Positions 51,085-63,264 of a stretch of 64,000 nucleotides of DNA are shown one piece after another (the first letter of the stretch is position 1; every line of letters starts with the position of its first letter). The stretch is taken from positions 169,818,001 through 169,882,000 of the forward strand of contig OZ024742.1 in the NCBI GenBank assembly GCA_964016885.1. Reading direction: 5' to 3'. The DNA is from Eledone cirrhosa. Taxonomy: Eukaryota. The notes below the pieces were generated by a model. That model made no database searches and was not told where the DNA came from. It saw nothing but the letters and a program-made list of their open reading frames with translations. Made by a program: the position numbers and the translations under genes.

Positions 51085-51899
51085 TTGCTTCTTTTTCTAG
51101 TCATTTCTGTTGAAGTTGTTCTTGTAACTGTTGTCATAGTTGACGTTGTTCTTATTTTCATTTTCTTTGATTTTTTTCGTTTTTTCTTTTATCTGCTTAG
51201 GGAATTCATTAACAAGCTTCTTTCATTTACTTTTTTTGTTTCTTTTAAATTTATTTTTTTCCTCGTCTGGCTTGTGGGCCGCTTAAACTCATGGGCCTAG
51301 GCATATACAGGACAGCTAGGTAGTCCTGTATATGCCTAACGCATTTTCACTCTCTATACGCTTGAATATGTACTGCTAGTGTCCTCGTTTTGCGAGTAGC
51401 TTTCTACCTTAATGCCTCTTTAATTATTATACTATTCCCTTGTAATCTCTGTCGCATGCATTCCACTTTGTGCCTCTTTAATTATTATACAATTCTCTTG
51501 TAATCTCTGTCACATCCATTCCACTCTGTAAATACGAAACTGCTGATGACAACATTAATATCTATGTATATACTATATGATTGTTCAGTTGAATAGGAAG
51601 TTAATTATATGTCCAAACTTTGCTAGTGCTCCGATGATTTCAACCGAGAGTTTGGAAGAAACGATTGTCAGCAATAAAATGATTTGAACATAGTTTTGAT
51701 TATTGTGTAATTTATATATATATCGTTTCTGAATTTGTTTAGCAAGATTCTTTATCTGAAAACGTATGTTGAAACCGATATTTTTATACTTTGGGAGGGT
51801 CATGTTGCCAATAAGAAACACACGCACCAGTTGCTTTCACTTCAATTTATTATAAATTAAATTTATAAATTTAGGAATTTATAAATTTCCGGTTGGTTG

Positions 51900-54440
51900 G
51901 TTGGTTCCACAACCAGACGATTGTTCATATATTGTCAAAGTTCTTTCGTCACACATTCTGTAACCTCTTCAGTGACTGGGGATTCTTTTCTTTGTTTTTG
52001 TGCCTCTCCTTTGTTCTGTCCTACGCTATCTTGTTTTTGTGTGTGTTGTGTGCTTAGTTTGTGCATGTGTTACATCCGGGTGTCTGTGTGTGTTTATATT
52101 TATTTATTTGTTTATTTACATGTTACTGGTTGGTTGTTTGTTCTATGTGTGTGTGTGTTTTCATTTTGTCCTTAATTGTAAGTTGTGATGTTACTGTTCC
52201 ATTCATGTTTTCTATTTAATTTTGGTTGGAGTTCATTTATGTTTATTGCCTCTGTGATTTGTCTAAAGATTGCGTCTTTTCTGTGTGTAGATTCTATTTT
52301 TATTTCTATGTTCTCTAATTTACCCTTATGTTCTATTTTAGCATGTTGGTGGAGTACAGATGATTCTTTACTATCTTGAAGCTCTCGCCAGTGTTCATTT
52401 ATCCGTTCCCCTATACTACGAGCTGTCTCTATGTACACTATATTCTTATCTCTCCATTGTCCTTCAGTACATGTTATATACTACATTTCTAGTTTTACAG
52501 TTAATATGGGGGCTTAATTTACAGATTATACATTTCGTATCTATACAGAGAGGTCTTTGAAAAGGGTATGTATTGCTAATAAGTGTTTTTATGGAGGTAC
52601 CTGGTCTTTCTACTATCTTAATATTGAGTTTATGTTTATCTAGGGCCCTTCTGAATTTGTAAGCTAATTCACCTCTAGGGGTTGTATCGATGAACATTAC
52701 ACTCTGGTATTTATTGCTATCATGCCATGAGTTTATTCTATTAACCTTATTCCTAGTTCTTTCTATTCTATTCCAACATTTGCTCCTATACAAGGGGCAG
52801 GTCCCATTTGTATCATTATATCCATTTTTTCCCATTTGGTTCTGGCTCCTCTATATACTCTGATTTTATCTCTCTGAAGCGAAGGCGTGTGGCTGAGTGG
52901 TTAGAGAATTGGATTCGCAATCGTAAGGTTGTGAGTTCGATTCCTGGACCAGGCGATGCGTTATGTTCTTGAGCAAGACAATTTATTTCACGTTGCTCCT
53001 TCTACCTGGAGTTGCGACCGATAGATAGTATTAGCAATTGGAAAGACCAACGGAAACATTGTTGCCTCGGTCCGATTTGACGAAAGTCGATCGTTCCTTT
53101 ATCTCTCTGATTGTAACCAGAGAACTGCATACGGTGGATGAAGTGTTGTATGTGTCTCTCTAGTTCTTTGGGGTTGCACATGCGGGACACGTTTCTCATC
53201 ACCCGTACCAAATCCGCAATCAGTATGTTGATTTTGGTATGGTCCAAAACAGCTGAGTTTCGGTGGATCAGATATTTGGAAGTCATGGGTTTGGCATAAT
53301 GGGAATGGAGGATTTGTTTTTTGTTATTAATGGTATCTAACCAGAGCTCTGTGTCTAGTACAGGTAATCGATGGTTGGGGTGTTTACTTGGGTAGTCTAT
53401 AGTAACTCTAATACTCTGGTGGATGGAGTTAGCTATTTGCTGGGTGCTTTCCATGGTGTTTTTCTCTAATTCCTGACTGTTCTCTTGTGGGGTGTTTTTA
53501 CTACGATGTTTATATCATCAACGTAGCGGGAGTACATTATCAGGGTTAAGAGGTTGCTGTCTTCTAATTGTTCTTTAAGTTTAAGTTTAAGTCTATTGTC
53601 CCACCATACCATGAATAGGTTAGCTATGTCACCTGCAATGCTAACACCAATGGCTGCTCCCTCCTCTTGGGCATGTTTTTCCATTAAATTTGAACATATG
53701 TTCCTTAAGGGTTAATTTTATACTGGCCCCCACCGCATGTGCAATCATTTTCTTTAGTTCATCGTGATTTTCGGGGGTACGTATGGCTCTGGTCCACCCG
53801 TTCCATCTATCTGTGTGGGTTTTCTTGGTCATTGAGGTAATGGTAGGTGGTCTGCCTCTTGCTGGTCTTGTAGGGCACAGGTTGCTAAGGTCATATGTAT
53901 CTAGATAATCATTACTGTAGGTAAGTTTAAGTAAGAGTCCCAGCTCACTGGTATCAATCCCACGGAATTCAACATTGCTCTCACTGATCATTTCTACGCA
54001 TTTCTCCGCAGCAAAATCCACGTCAATACATGGATACAGGGACACAACATCCATACTACCTATTATGCAGTTTGTTAGGTCTCTAGATCGGTTTCTCTCG
54101 CCGATTCTGCTGAGGAGGTCCTCCGTGCTGTCACATATATCTGGGGACATTTCAATGATGGGGCGTATGATCAGGGAGAGGAAGTAGGAAAGTCCGTAGT
54201 TACTAGCAATGTTAGCTCCACAGTCTGGCCGTGTTGGTGGTCCTGTGACAGGGTCACTGCTTGTTTTATGGTCTTTTCGAAGCCCATACAACGCTGGCAC
54301 GTCATTGTTCCAGGCCTGGAAGTTGTTGGCAGTCCTTTTGTTGGGCTGCATTAAATTTGTTCACATCATCATAAGGGCATTGAGGGTTTTTTCCCTATCC
54401 TCATGCTCTTGTGGTGTTACTTCTCTTGTGTTAGTGATGT
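51900..54440 (-). mobile_element. Second, decayed and 5'-truncated Penelope-like element (RT + GIY-YIG) with a degenerate hammerhead at 51934-51976
   Basis: ALYGLRKDHK, SMDVVSLYP, GAAIG, RYVDDI, LPVLD, CKTRNVVY, ETARSIGERINEH, RQITEA..LNRKHEW. Downstream GUCA-CUGAAGA-G-GUUACA..UGUGAC-GAAA..UGAC. Confidence 0.88.
52878..53097 (+). mobile_element. tRNA-derived SINE inserted in the PLE ORF with a 13-bp TSD
   Basis: A-box TGGCTGAGTGG, B-box GTTCGATTCC; TTTATCTCTCTGA at 52865-52877 and 53098-53110. Confidence 0.88.
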
Positions 54441-54482
54441 GGGGAACTGGGAATACCCCCGTATTACCGGGTACCTCAGCTA

Positions 54483-54536
<54 letters not shown>

Positions 54537-54539
54537 TAG

Positions 54540-55020
54540 CAGATGCCTTGTCTGGGACGTCACAGTTAGTGACTCTTTTGCTTCTTCCCACATCCTGGAT
54601 GCTGTGGTTAGGGCGAGATCCACAGCTTCTACAGTCGAACAGAACAAAATGATCTGTCGGCCAACTACATTTTCCAGCCTGTGGCGTTCGAGACGTTTGG
54701 GGAAGTCGAGCTATTGACTGCGAGACTCCTATCTTCACTGGCGGCTCGCTTAACAGAGGTAACTGGTGAATCTCGCGAGGGCGCTTGGTTGTTCCAGCGC
54801 ATCAGCCTCGCCATCACCCGAGATAATGCCGTGAGCATGCTGGCTTGCCTCAAAAATCATTAGAGAGGTTTCCCAGTGCTCCTCGTGATACTATTATCTT
54901 TCACTCTGGTAGCGGCTGGGTTGTCCACCCGTTTCGCCTGCCTTTTGTTGTATGTGGTCCCAGATGTGTGTGCTAACTGCTTTGTTTCCCTTCCTTTATA
55001 TTATATTTGTTTGTGCTACC
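54540..55020 (+). mobile_element. CRE-like element 3' fragment
   Basis: WDVTV.D..A, VAFETFG, REGAWLFQRISLAITRDNA. Confidence 0.75.
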
Positions 55021-56039
55021 GTTCAGTAAGCATTGTATTATTATTGGCAGTATCAGTAGAGGGTTGGACTCCATGCTTTCCAGCATAGTTATGTCCCTTT
55101 ACAGTCTGAGTTCAAATCCCGCCGAGGTTAACTTTGCTTTTCATCCCTACGAGGTCGATAAAATAAAGTACCAGTAATGCACTGGGGTAATTTCTGGTCT
55201 TGTTCCAAAAGTAGAAACAATTACCATATTTCTTTTTATGCAACAGTGAATAAAATTTAGTGACAATATAATATCAAAACTCTGTATAATAACACAATAA
55301 TATAAATTCATTGAACAAAAATGATAAAGGAAAGAAAAAAGAAGGAAGCGGGGGGAGAGGGGACAATTCACCACCAAGTGTGATAATTGGCCGCACCTTA
55401 CACCTTAGGGGTTTATTTGTCAATCTCTAAGTTGTATTTCCTTAGAGTTAGTCCCTCTTACAAATTCTCGTCGTTACTCCAAACGCTTCGACGACCTAAT
55501 ATCCAGCGAGGTCTGTAGTAAGCAAAGGCACTACTTGCCACGGCGGAGAAATTGGGTTGCACTTGGTAAATCGCTGGGCCTCTAAACCGGCGGCGCAGAA
55601 ATACCAAAAAACAACTTCCGCCCAGTTAAAAAATACGCGCTTCTTCTTTTTAGTTTATTTCAGACAGTTGTTCCATTCACTTCGTGAAGACAAGATCTAT
55701 TTACGTTCCCGTGTCGATACTAGCAAGGTGTAACGTTAAAAAAGCAGCTTTGGCTATATCGGCAAGGGATCAACCTCTTTCTTCCAACACTTCATTTTTG
55801 TTCAAATTACTCACGCGGAATGCCGGCAGTATTTTATTGTAATTTTTTACGGTTGAAAATAAACCCTTTGTAAAATATTTAAACAGCCTTCTGATAATTC
55901 CTGCAACTATTGAATCTGCACACATACTAAAAATATTTCTTCTGACATGATATGGGAAAATCATTTTTCCGAAGGTAATATCATTTCGCACCACAAGTGA
56001 GTACAGTTTTTTGTTCCCTTAAATTGGACATAGCTTCTC

Positions 56040-56520
56040 TCAACTCACTGAGATCAACTTCACTTACTCACTTGCCCTAACAAATATATTCAAGATTTGG
56101 TGGGTGACATCCTCTCCTTCCCAACTTGGACTAGTTCCATCATCAGGGAGTTGGATGAAGCTTTACTACAGTGGAGAGAGCTGGGTTTGTCAGTCCCAGT
56201 TACTGATGAGGATAGGCGGAAGCAGAGAGTATGGGACAATCTGCGTTCGAGGGAAATTTTCAACTCTCTCTCTTTGATCTTTCCAATCAATTTTCTTGGT
56301 GCCGCTTACTTTCTGCTAGCGCAAAGTTCTCGGTAGACTGGATTGATGCCGTGCCTGTGGCCAACACTGGTGGCTTTCTCAGCCAGGATGAACTCCGCAT
56401 CTCCATTGTACTTCGCGTGGGAGCCGACGTCTGTTGGGATCTGAGATGCTACTATGGTAGGTCCCTCGACTCCACAGGTTTACATAGTTTGTCCTGCCGT
56501 CTGAATGCTGGTCGTTTTTC
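56040..56520 (+). mobile_element. CRE-like element fragment
   Basis: KQRVWD, DWIDAVP..G..LS.DELRISI.LRVG, C..G...D.TGLH.LSC zinc-knuckle region. Confidence 0.7.
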
Positions 56521-56689
56521 GATGAAATTGGAAATGGGAGGGTAAAACAAGTATAACGTTTTATTTATTTATTAACTCTTTTTTTAAAAACTCATTTAAT
56601 ATAATGGTTACAGAACAAAAACACTAACAAATATAATATATACAAAGGAAAGGGAAAGGAAAAAAAAGAAATAGAAAAAATACACAAGC

Positions 56690-57237
56690 AGGTAATACAC
56701 ACATCTTAGGCCACAGCACAATATGCAGGCGAAAGAGTGGAAAAAGAGCCTCTACCAGAGCAAAAGATAGCAATATAGCGAGGAGCACTGGGAAACCTCT
56801 CTAATAATTTTTGAGGCAGGCCAGCACGCTCAAGGCGTTACCTGGGGTGATGGCGAGGCTGAGGTGCTATAAAAACCAAGTGCTCTCACGAGCATCACCA
56901 GTTACCTCTGTTTGGCGAGCCGCCAGTGAAGATAAGAATCTCCCCCAAACGTCTCGAACGCCACAGGCTGGATAATGTAGTTAGCTCACAGAACACGGTA
57001 TTTTAGGATTTTGTTCCGTTCAGCTGCAGATGCTATAGCTCTCGCCCTTACCGCTGCATGCAAAATGTGGGAAGAAGCAAAAGAGTCGCTAACTGTGACG
57101 TCCCAGGTAAGGCACCTGACTCTTGACCAGGAGCACAGAGCAAGACCGTCAAGACTTTTCCCATCAATTCAGGACAACCCAGACGGTTCCAAAATTGAGG
57201 GGATGTTTGCCCGGGCCAAAGCTCTTGAGTGGCAATA
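56690..57237 (-). mobile_element. CRE-like element 3' fragment, inverted relative to 54540-55020
   Basis: Homologous to 54540-54970 (KSLDGL.L.PWSR..CLTWDVTVSD). Confidence 0.72.
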
Positions 57238-57379
57238 GGACAGTGTGTGTATGTGCGCGCGTGTGAGTTTGTCGGCGTTCTTAAATTAGAGACACGCGTG
57301 TGTGTGTGTGTCACTGTTTTTAAGTTAGACATTATATGTGTGTATCCCTTTCCTTCCTTTTACACACACATCTCTTTCT

Positions 57380-60300
57380 TGGTTGTCCATCGTAAACGAT
57401 GATGACATCTTCTTTATTTTAGTTCCCGTCTGCCGTGAGCACGAAGGTGGCTGTGGAGGCCGATCCTTGACTTGCAGGTCCGGGGACAGTGGGGGCAGGG
57501 GAAGAGACCGGAGTCGCGTGGGGCAGCTGTTGATGCCTTTCTCCTCCTTTCACGGGCCTCAGTGACCTCTGCCCGTCTCTTCTCTTCAAAAGAGTCTTTG
57601 ACGCGTCTGGTGAGGTCTCGCCACTGAGTCCTGTCCTGAGCATGGGACTCCAGTTGTTTTGGGATGTTTCCAGTGTTGTTGATGCTGGACTTCACGCAAT
57701 CTTTGAACATCAGTTGCTTCGGAAGCCTGTGATCGTCCATCCGGATGACATGTCCCACCCGTCGAAGTATCATAGCTTCGACACTGGTTGTCTCAGCCAT
57801 GTCAAGAACTTCGAGGTTGGAGAGTTTGTCCTGCCATTTGATGTTCATGATTGACCGCAGGTGCCTTCTGTACAGGGTCCATGTCTCACATCCGTAGAGG
57901 AGGCTGGTGATAACAACGGCCCTGTATACCTTGAGCTTGGTGGACTGCCTGATGTTGTGCTGGTTCAGGACGCGTGTTCTCAGGCGGCCAAGGTCTTGAC
58001 TGGCCTTGCAGATACTGGTGTTTATCTCCTTGTCGAGGCTTCCATCGCTGCTGATGACACTGCCGAGGTAATTGAAGTCGTCCACCGTCTTTAGCTGGGT
58101 GTCTCCGATGAAGATGGAAGGAGGGTGGGCGACGGAGGCAGGTGCAGGCTGGAACAGGACCTCAGTCTTGCCAAGGCTAATTGTGAGACAGAAGTGGCAG
58201 GAGGCCTCCGCGAACTTGTTGACGATGACTTGGAGGTCAGACTCCCTGTGGGCCATGAGGGCACAATCGTCAGCAAAAAGTGCCTCCTGGACGATCCTCT
58301 GCACGGTCCTTGTCTTGGCCGTCAGGCGCCGCAGGTTAAACAGGGAGCCGTCCAGTCTGTATCGCAGACTGAACACGCAGATGAAGAACAGGTTGAAGAG
58401 GATGGGAGTCAGCACGCATCCTTGCTTGACGCCGTTGGTGATTCCGAACGGCTCCGATGCCTCTCCGCCCGAGCTTACCTGCCCGGTCATGTCGTCATGG
58501 AATTGTCGTATCAGGTTCACAAACTTTGTCGCGCATCCAAACTTCGACAGGATCGACCAGAGGGCTTCCCTGTTGACAGTGTCGAAGGCATTCGTCGAGT
58601 CTATGAAGATGCAAAGAGGTCTATGTTCTACTCGACACACTTCTCCTGCACCTGCTGTACAGAGAAGATCATGTCGATCGTGCTGCGGTTTGGGTGGAAC
58701 CTACACTGGGTTTCAGGCAGGTTGTCCTCCGAGGTGTTGGCAATGAGGCGATTGAGCATAACCCGAGCCATGACCTTCCCAGTGATGGACAGGAGAGAAA
58801 TGCTCCGATAGTTTCCACAGTCAGTTTTGCTGCCTTTGTTCTTAAAAAGCGAGACAACTGTGGCATCCCTGAAGTTTTTGGGCACCTCTCCTTCCTCCCA
58901 GATGCTAACGAGGAGGGTGTGGAAGGCCCCCAGGGCAGCTGGACCGGCCGACTTGAAGATCTCGGCAGGAATCCCGTCTTTCCTAGAGGCCTTTCCTGAG
59001 CTGGTCTGGTTGATTGCCTTCGTGACTTCATCCAACGTGTGTGTGTGCGGGGGGGGGGGGGGGGGGGTCGAGGCTGCCGACTACGGGTTTCTGTGGCACC
59101 TGGTCGAGGGCGGCAGGGTCAACAGTGGAGGGCCTGTTGAGCAGGTTGCTGAAGTGTTCTCTCCACTTTGAGTTGATGCTGCTCTTCTCCTTCAGCAGGG
59201 TCGAGCCGTCAGCAGAGAGGAGCTGTGTGGTGAAAGGCTTGGGGAGTCCGTAGACGTCCCCGATGGCGCGGAAGAACATCTTGGAGTTCTTTTTGTCAGC
59301 GTATCTCTCGACTTCTTCGGCTTTCTTTTCCCACCACTCGTCCTGCATTCTGCGTAGCATTGTTTGGGTCTGCCTCTGGAGGTGCTTGAAGCGGTCGCGC
59401 TTCTAGGTGGAGGAGCTGTCATTCTGCCACTCAATGAAAGCCCTCCTCTTCTCGTCCAGGAGTTGTCTGATGCGCTCATTGTTTTCATCAAACCAGTCCT
59501 GGTGGACTCTCCTCCTCGGCTCGATGGTTGCCTTGGCTGACACTGTCACCAGCGACCTGAACTGGGCCCACTGTTGAGTTAGGGGTCCGGTCAGTGGTCC
59601 ATGGGCAGTCAGCCGGCCGTCCAGGTCTTCCGCGAACCCATCACGATGCTCTGGCTGCTTGAGTTGTGCGACGTCGAAAGCTGGTCTACAGACTTTCGGA
59701 GTCTTGCGATGTGTCGGGGTGATGTGCAGTGACAGGAGGGTCCTGACAAGGCGATGGTCGGTCCAACACTCTGCACCACGCATGGCCCTGGTGATTCTGA
59801 CGTCACGGATGTCCCTCCTGCGGCATATGGCAAAATCAATCAGATGCCACTGTTTAGATTTGGGGTGCATCCATGTCGACTTGAACTTGACTGCTTGGCG
59901 GAACAGTGTGTTGGTGATGGTGAGGTCGTTCTCGGTGCAGAAACTCAACAGTATGAAGCCGTTAGAGCTCAGCTTCCCTGTGCTGTGAGGTCCTAGCACG
60001 CCTCTCCAGTTGCCGCTGTCAGACCCGACTCTTGCGTTGAAGTCTCCCAGTAGGATGAGTTTATCGCTTTGGGGGACGCCCTCCACGAGTGCGTTGAGTT
60101 CCCCGAAGAAAGCGTCCTTTGCTTCATCGCTGCTGGTGAGAGTACGCGCTGATGACTGTAACATGCTAAGATGAGTCGAGGGGGAAGCGGAGCTTCATCA
60201 GTCGCACACTCACAGGTGTTGGGAGGTCTGGTAGCTGCTTGCAGAGCGAAGTCCTGATAGCCAGGCCTACCCCGTGGATTCTGTCCTCGTCCTTTGCATT

Positions 60301-61335
60301 GCCCTTCCAGAAGAAGGTGTAGCCTCCTTTCGGTTCTGCTACTGATCCTTCTTCGGCGAGTCTGGTCTCGCTAAGGGCGGCTATGTCGATCTGGTAGCGA
60401 GCTAATTCCCCCGCTATGAGGGAAGTTCTTCTCTCTGGCCTCAAGGAGGTTTCCCTATCCATGAGGGTGCGCACATTCCATGCGCCAAAAATCAAGTTCT
60501 TCTTTCTATTATGTTGGTTTCGACCGCTTGGAAGGGTAAAACCGCCAGCCGCGGTAGACTGGCTGGCTTTGTGTGGGACGAGTATTTGGTTAGGGCTCCT
60601 TTTATCGCCCCTCCCTTCGTTCGAGGGTGAGCAGTGCTCCCCTGAAAAGGGCTGCTCAGTCGCCCGGTGGAACGCCTGATCTCCTCTGTCATCCCAGAGT
60701 CAGGAGGAGAACGACTTGCGTATCCAGGCCGCCCACGTGTAGGTTTGAGACTGGCAACTCCCAGAGGTTACCTCCACCTGTTACCTCCGCCTCTCGCCCA
60801 TCGCCGCAGGGCTTTGCGAGTGCACGCTAAAGAAGAAACCTGTGCAGGAAAGGTTTACACTGGGAGGGTCAGTGCACAGTGACGGTCCCACTCACTCGAC
60901 CGCAGAAGCCAGAATCCGGTGGTACGGAGGGCCGTCACGACCAGGGACTTCCTTGGCTGCAGAGGATGGCCATCACGTCTGTAGTGCCTTGCCGTGCTCT
61001 AGCGCTCCACACCGCTTGCTGTCGTCGCCTTCGTGACTGTTAAGACGATTTTGTCCTCCTCCACTCACTCCGCCGAGTCCAGTCTTCGCATGCAGGGGCA
61101 GGCATCCCCTATCTAACTCACCGGGGGGTTTCAGACTCATCCGGCTACCCTAAAGCTGGTTCGGCCCGCCAGCCAAGGCGGTTTACCGAGGTGTGACCGG
61201 TGTCGCATGCTACAGCTTCTTGGGGCCACAGGTGAGAGCTGAGTGTCAGGTGGGACCCAATGCAGGACGAGTTGTCCTGAAAAGGGCATGGCTAGCCCCC
61301 CCCCTACAGAGGTACATGCCCCTCCCTGACACCCC
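57380..61335 (-). mobile_element. Full-length RTE/BovB-like LINE: ~840-nt GC-rich 5' UTR, then APE endonuclease, RT and C2H2 finger; disrupted
   Basis: GAWNVRTL, IAALSETR, LGDFNARVG, WHLID, TDHRLV, NYRSISLLS, GVKQGCVL.P.LF, LFADD, YLGS, LLYGCETW, CPHC..H..H; several frameshifts and stops. Confidence 0.95.
61145..61335 (-). ncRNA. Candidate HDV-like ribozyme at the RTE 5' terminus
   Basis: P1 GGGGUGU/ACACCUC, P3 GGC/GUC, L3 CCC[22-nt insert]CG, GG after P1, P4 CCGCC/GGCGG, CGAA. P2 is weak. Confidence 0.45.
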
Positions 61336-62114
61336 AGGCATATATACACACGTATATACATACACATACATATGTACATGTGTATATACATATTTACACA
61401 TTTTTGGATGGCCGTTGACTCTTATCAGTTCTTCCGCGCTTTGTCAGGTTTTGTTTTTTGTCCTGCAGGGTGTCCAAAATCACCTTCCTCAGCAAGTAAA
61501 CTTGGTGGGGTTGCCAGTTTAGTCTCCGACAACCCAACCATGCGACAGGTAGTACTGGTTTACATGTTACCAGTAGCACTCAAGAGTGACTCGACACACA
61601 CATACATTTGACACAAACACACAAACACATTGCGTGATGGACGGGTGGACAGAAGTCCCTCAAATTTATATACATGTGAATGGAGTTCTACTGAAGCAGT
61701 TAGAGAAGTTCAAGTATCTTGGAGCCATGTTCATGAGTGATGGAATGCAGAAGGCTGAATTAAGTGCAAGAATTGCAAAAGCTGATGCAGTAATGCGCCA
61801 GCCTCAGCATTCAGCAATCAGAAGGGGGTAGGTGTAAAAGCCAAACTCGCTGTCTTCCTGGTATTCCTGACAACTCTTACCGAGGATCATGAATCTTGAG
61901 TAATGACCAAAAGAATACAATTGCAAATAAAAGTGGCAGAAATGGGGTTCCTCCGAAGGGTCTTTGGAGTAACGTTACTCGATAAAGTGCATAACTCAGA
62001 GACCAGAGAGTCACTCCTGGTAGAGCCGCTACTTCTCCGAATTGAGAGATCACAACTCCGACATTATGAGCATGTGGTTAGAATGTCTCAGTAAAGAATC
62101 GCTGGACACAATAA

Positions 62115-62600
62115 ATAATTGTTGTGGGTAAAATGATTATGTGGGTAAAATGATTATGTGGGTAAAATGGTAGGTAAAAAAATTATTGTGGGTAAAGTGG
62201 TAGGTAAAATAATTATTGTGGGTAAACTGGTAGGTAAAATAATTATTGTGGGTAAAAGGTAGGTAAAATGATTATTGTGGGTAAAGTGGTGGGTTTAATG
62301 ATCATTGTGGGTAAAATAATTATTGTGGTTAAAATGGTAGGTAAAAGGATTATTGTGGGTAAAATGGTGGGTGAAATAATTATTATGGGTAAAGTGGTAG
62401 GTAAAATAATTAGTGTGGGTAAAGTGGTAGGTAAAATAGTTATTGTGGGTAAAGTGGTGGTTAAAATGATTATTGTGGATAAAAATGTGGGTAAAATGAT
62501 TATTGTGGATAAATGGTGCGTAAAATGATTATTGTGGGTAAATGGTGGGTAAAATAATAAATGTGAGTAATCTGGTAGGTAAAATAATTATTGTGGGTAA
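62115..62600. repeat. Minisatellite with an ~18/30-bp GGTAAAATAATTATTGTG unit
   Basis: Tandem units visible. Confidence 0.92.
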
Positions 62601-63160
62601 AAAAAAGACCCCCCCCCCCACCAAACGGATTCCCCCCAAATAAAAAACGGACCTCCCCAAATAAAAAACGGATCCCCCCAAATAAAAAAATGGATCCATC
62701 CCCAAATAAAAAACGGACCCCCCCCCCCCAAATAAAAAACGGATCCATCTCCAAATAAAAAACGGTACGCCCCAAATAAAAAACCGTACGCCCCAAATAA
62801 AAAACGGATCCCCCCAAATGAAAAACGTATCCCCCAAAATAAAAAACATGACCCTCCGAATAAAAAACGGATGCCCCTCGAATAAAAAACGGACCCCACC
62901 CGAAATAAATAACGGACCCCAAATAAGATGGATTCCCCCAAATAAAAAACAGATCCATCCCAAATAAAAAACGGACCCCACCCAAATAAAAACCGGACCC
63001 CCCCCCCCCCCCGAATAAAAAACGGACCCACAAATAAAAAATGAACCCCCAAATAAGACGGATCCCCCCAAATAAAAAACGGGATCCCTCCCCCATCCGA
63101 ATAAAAAACGGACCCCACCTGAAATAAAAAATGGACCCCCAAATAAGACGGATCACCCCA
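62600..63160. repeat. Minisatellite with a ~21-bp CCCCAAATAAAAAACGGA(T/C)C unit
   Basis: Tandem units visible; they explain the G/F-rich spurious ORFs. Confidence 0.92.
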
Positions 63161-63264
63161 GATTCTTAATCGACACAGAAGTAGAAGTCAGTGTCGTCCC
63201 GGCGTCTGCAAACGACCTCTGTTATGGAGAGGGGAGCCAGTGGCGCTGCTAATGATTCTACAAG
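63160..63264 (+). mobile_element. Ty3/Gypsy aspartic protease fragment
   Basis: RFLIDTEVEVSVVP...AANDS resembles FLVDTGAEVSVIP...AANGS. Confidence 0.6.

Noticed and set aside
52882-52955. tRNA gene
   Set aside because: The acceptor stem does not close; it continues into a SINE body and is flanked by a TSD.
55770-55994. 74-aa ORF as a host exon
   Set aside because: No recognisable motif or partner exons; probably a TE remnant.
62268-63156. Gly/Phe-rich and Val/Ile-rich ORFs
   Set aside because: Open in several frames only because of the satellite periodicity.
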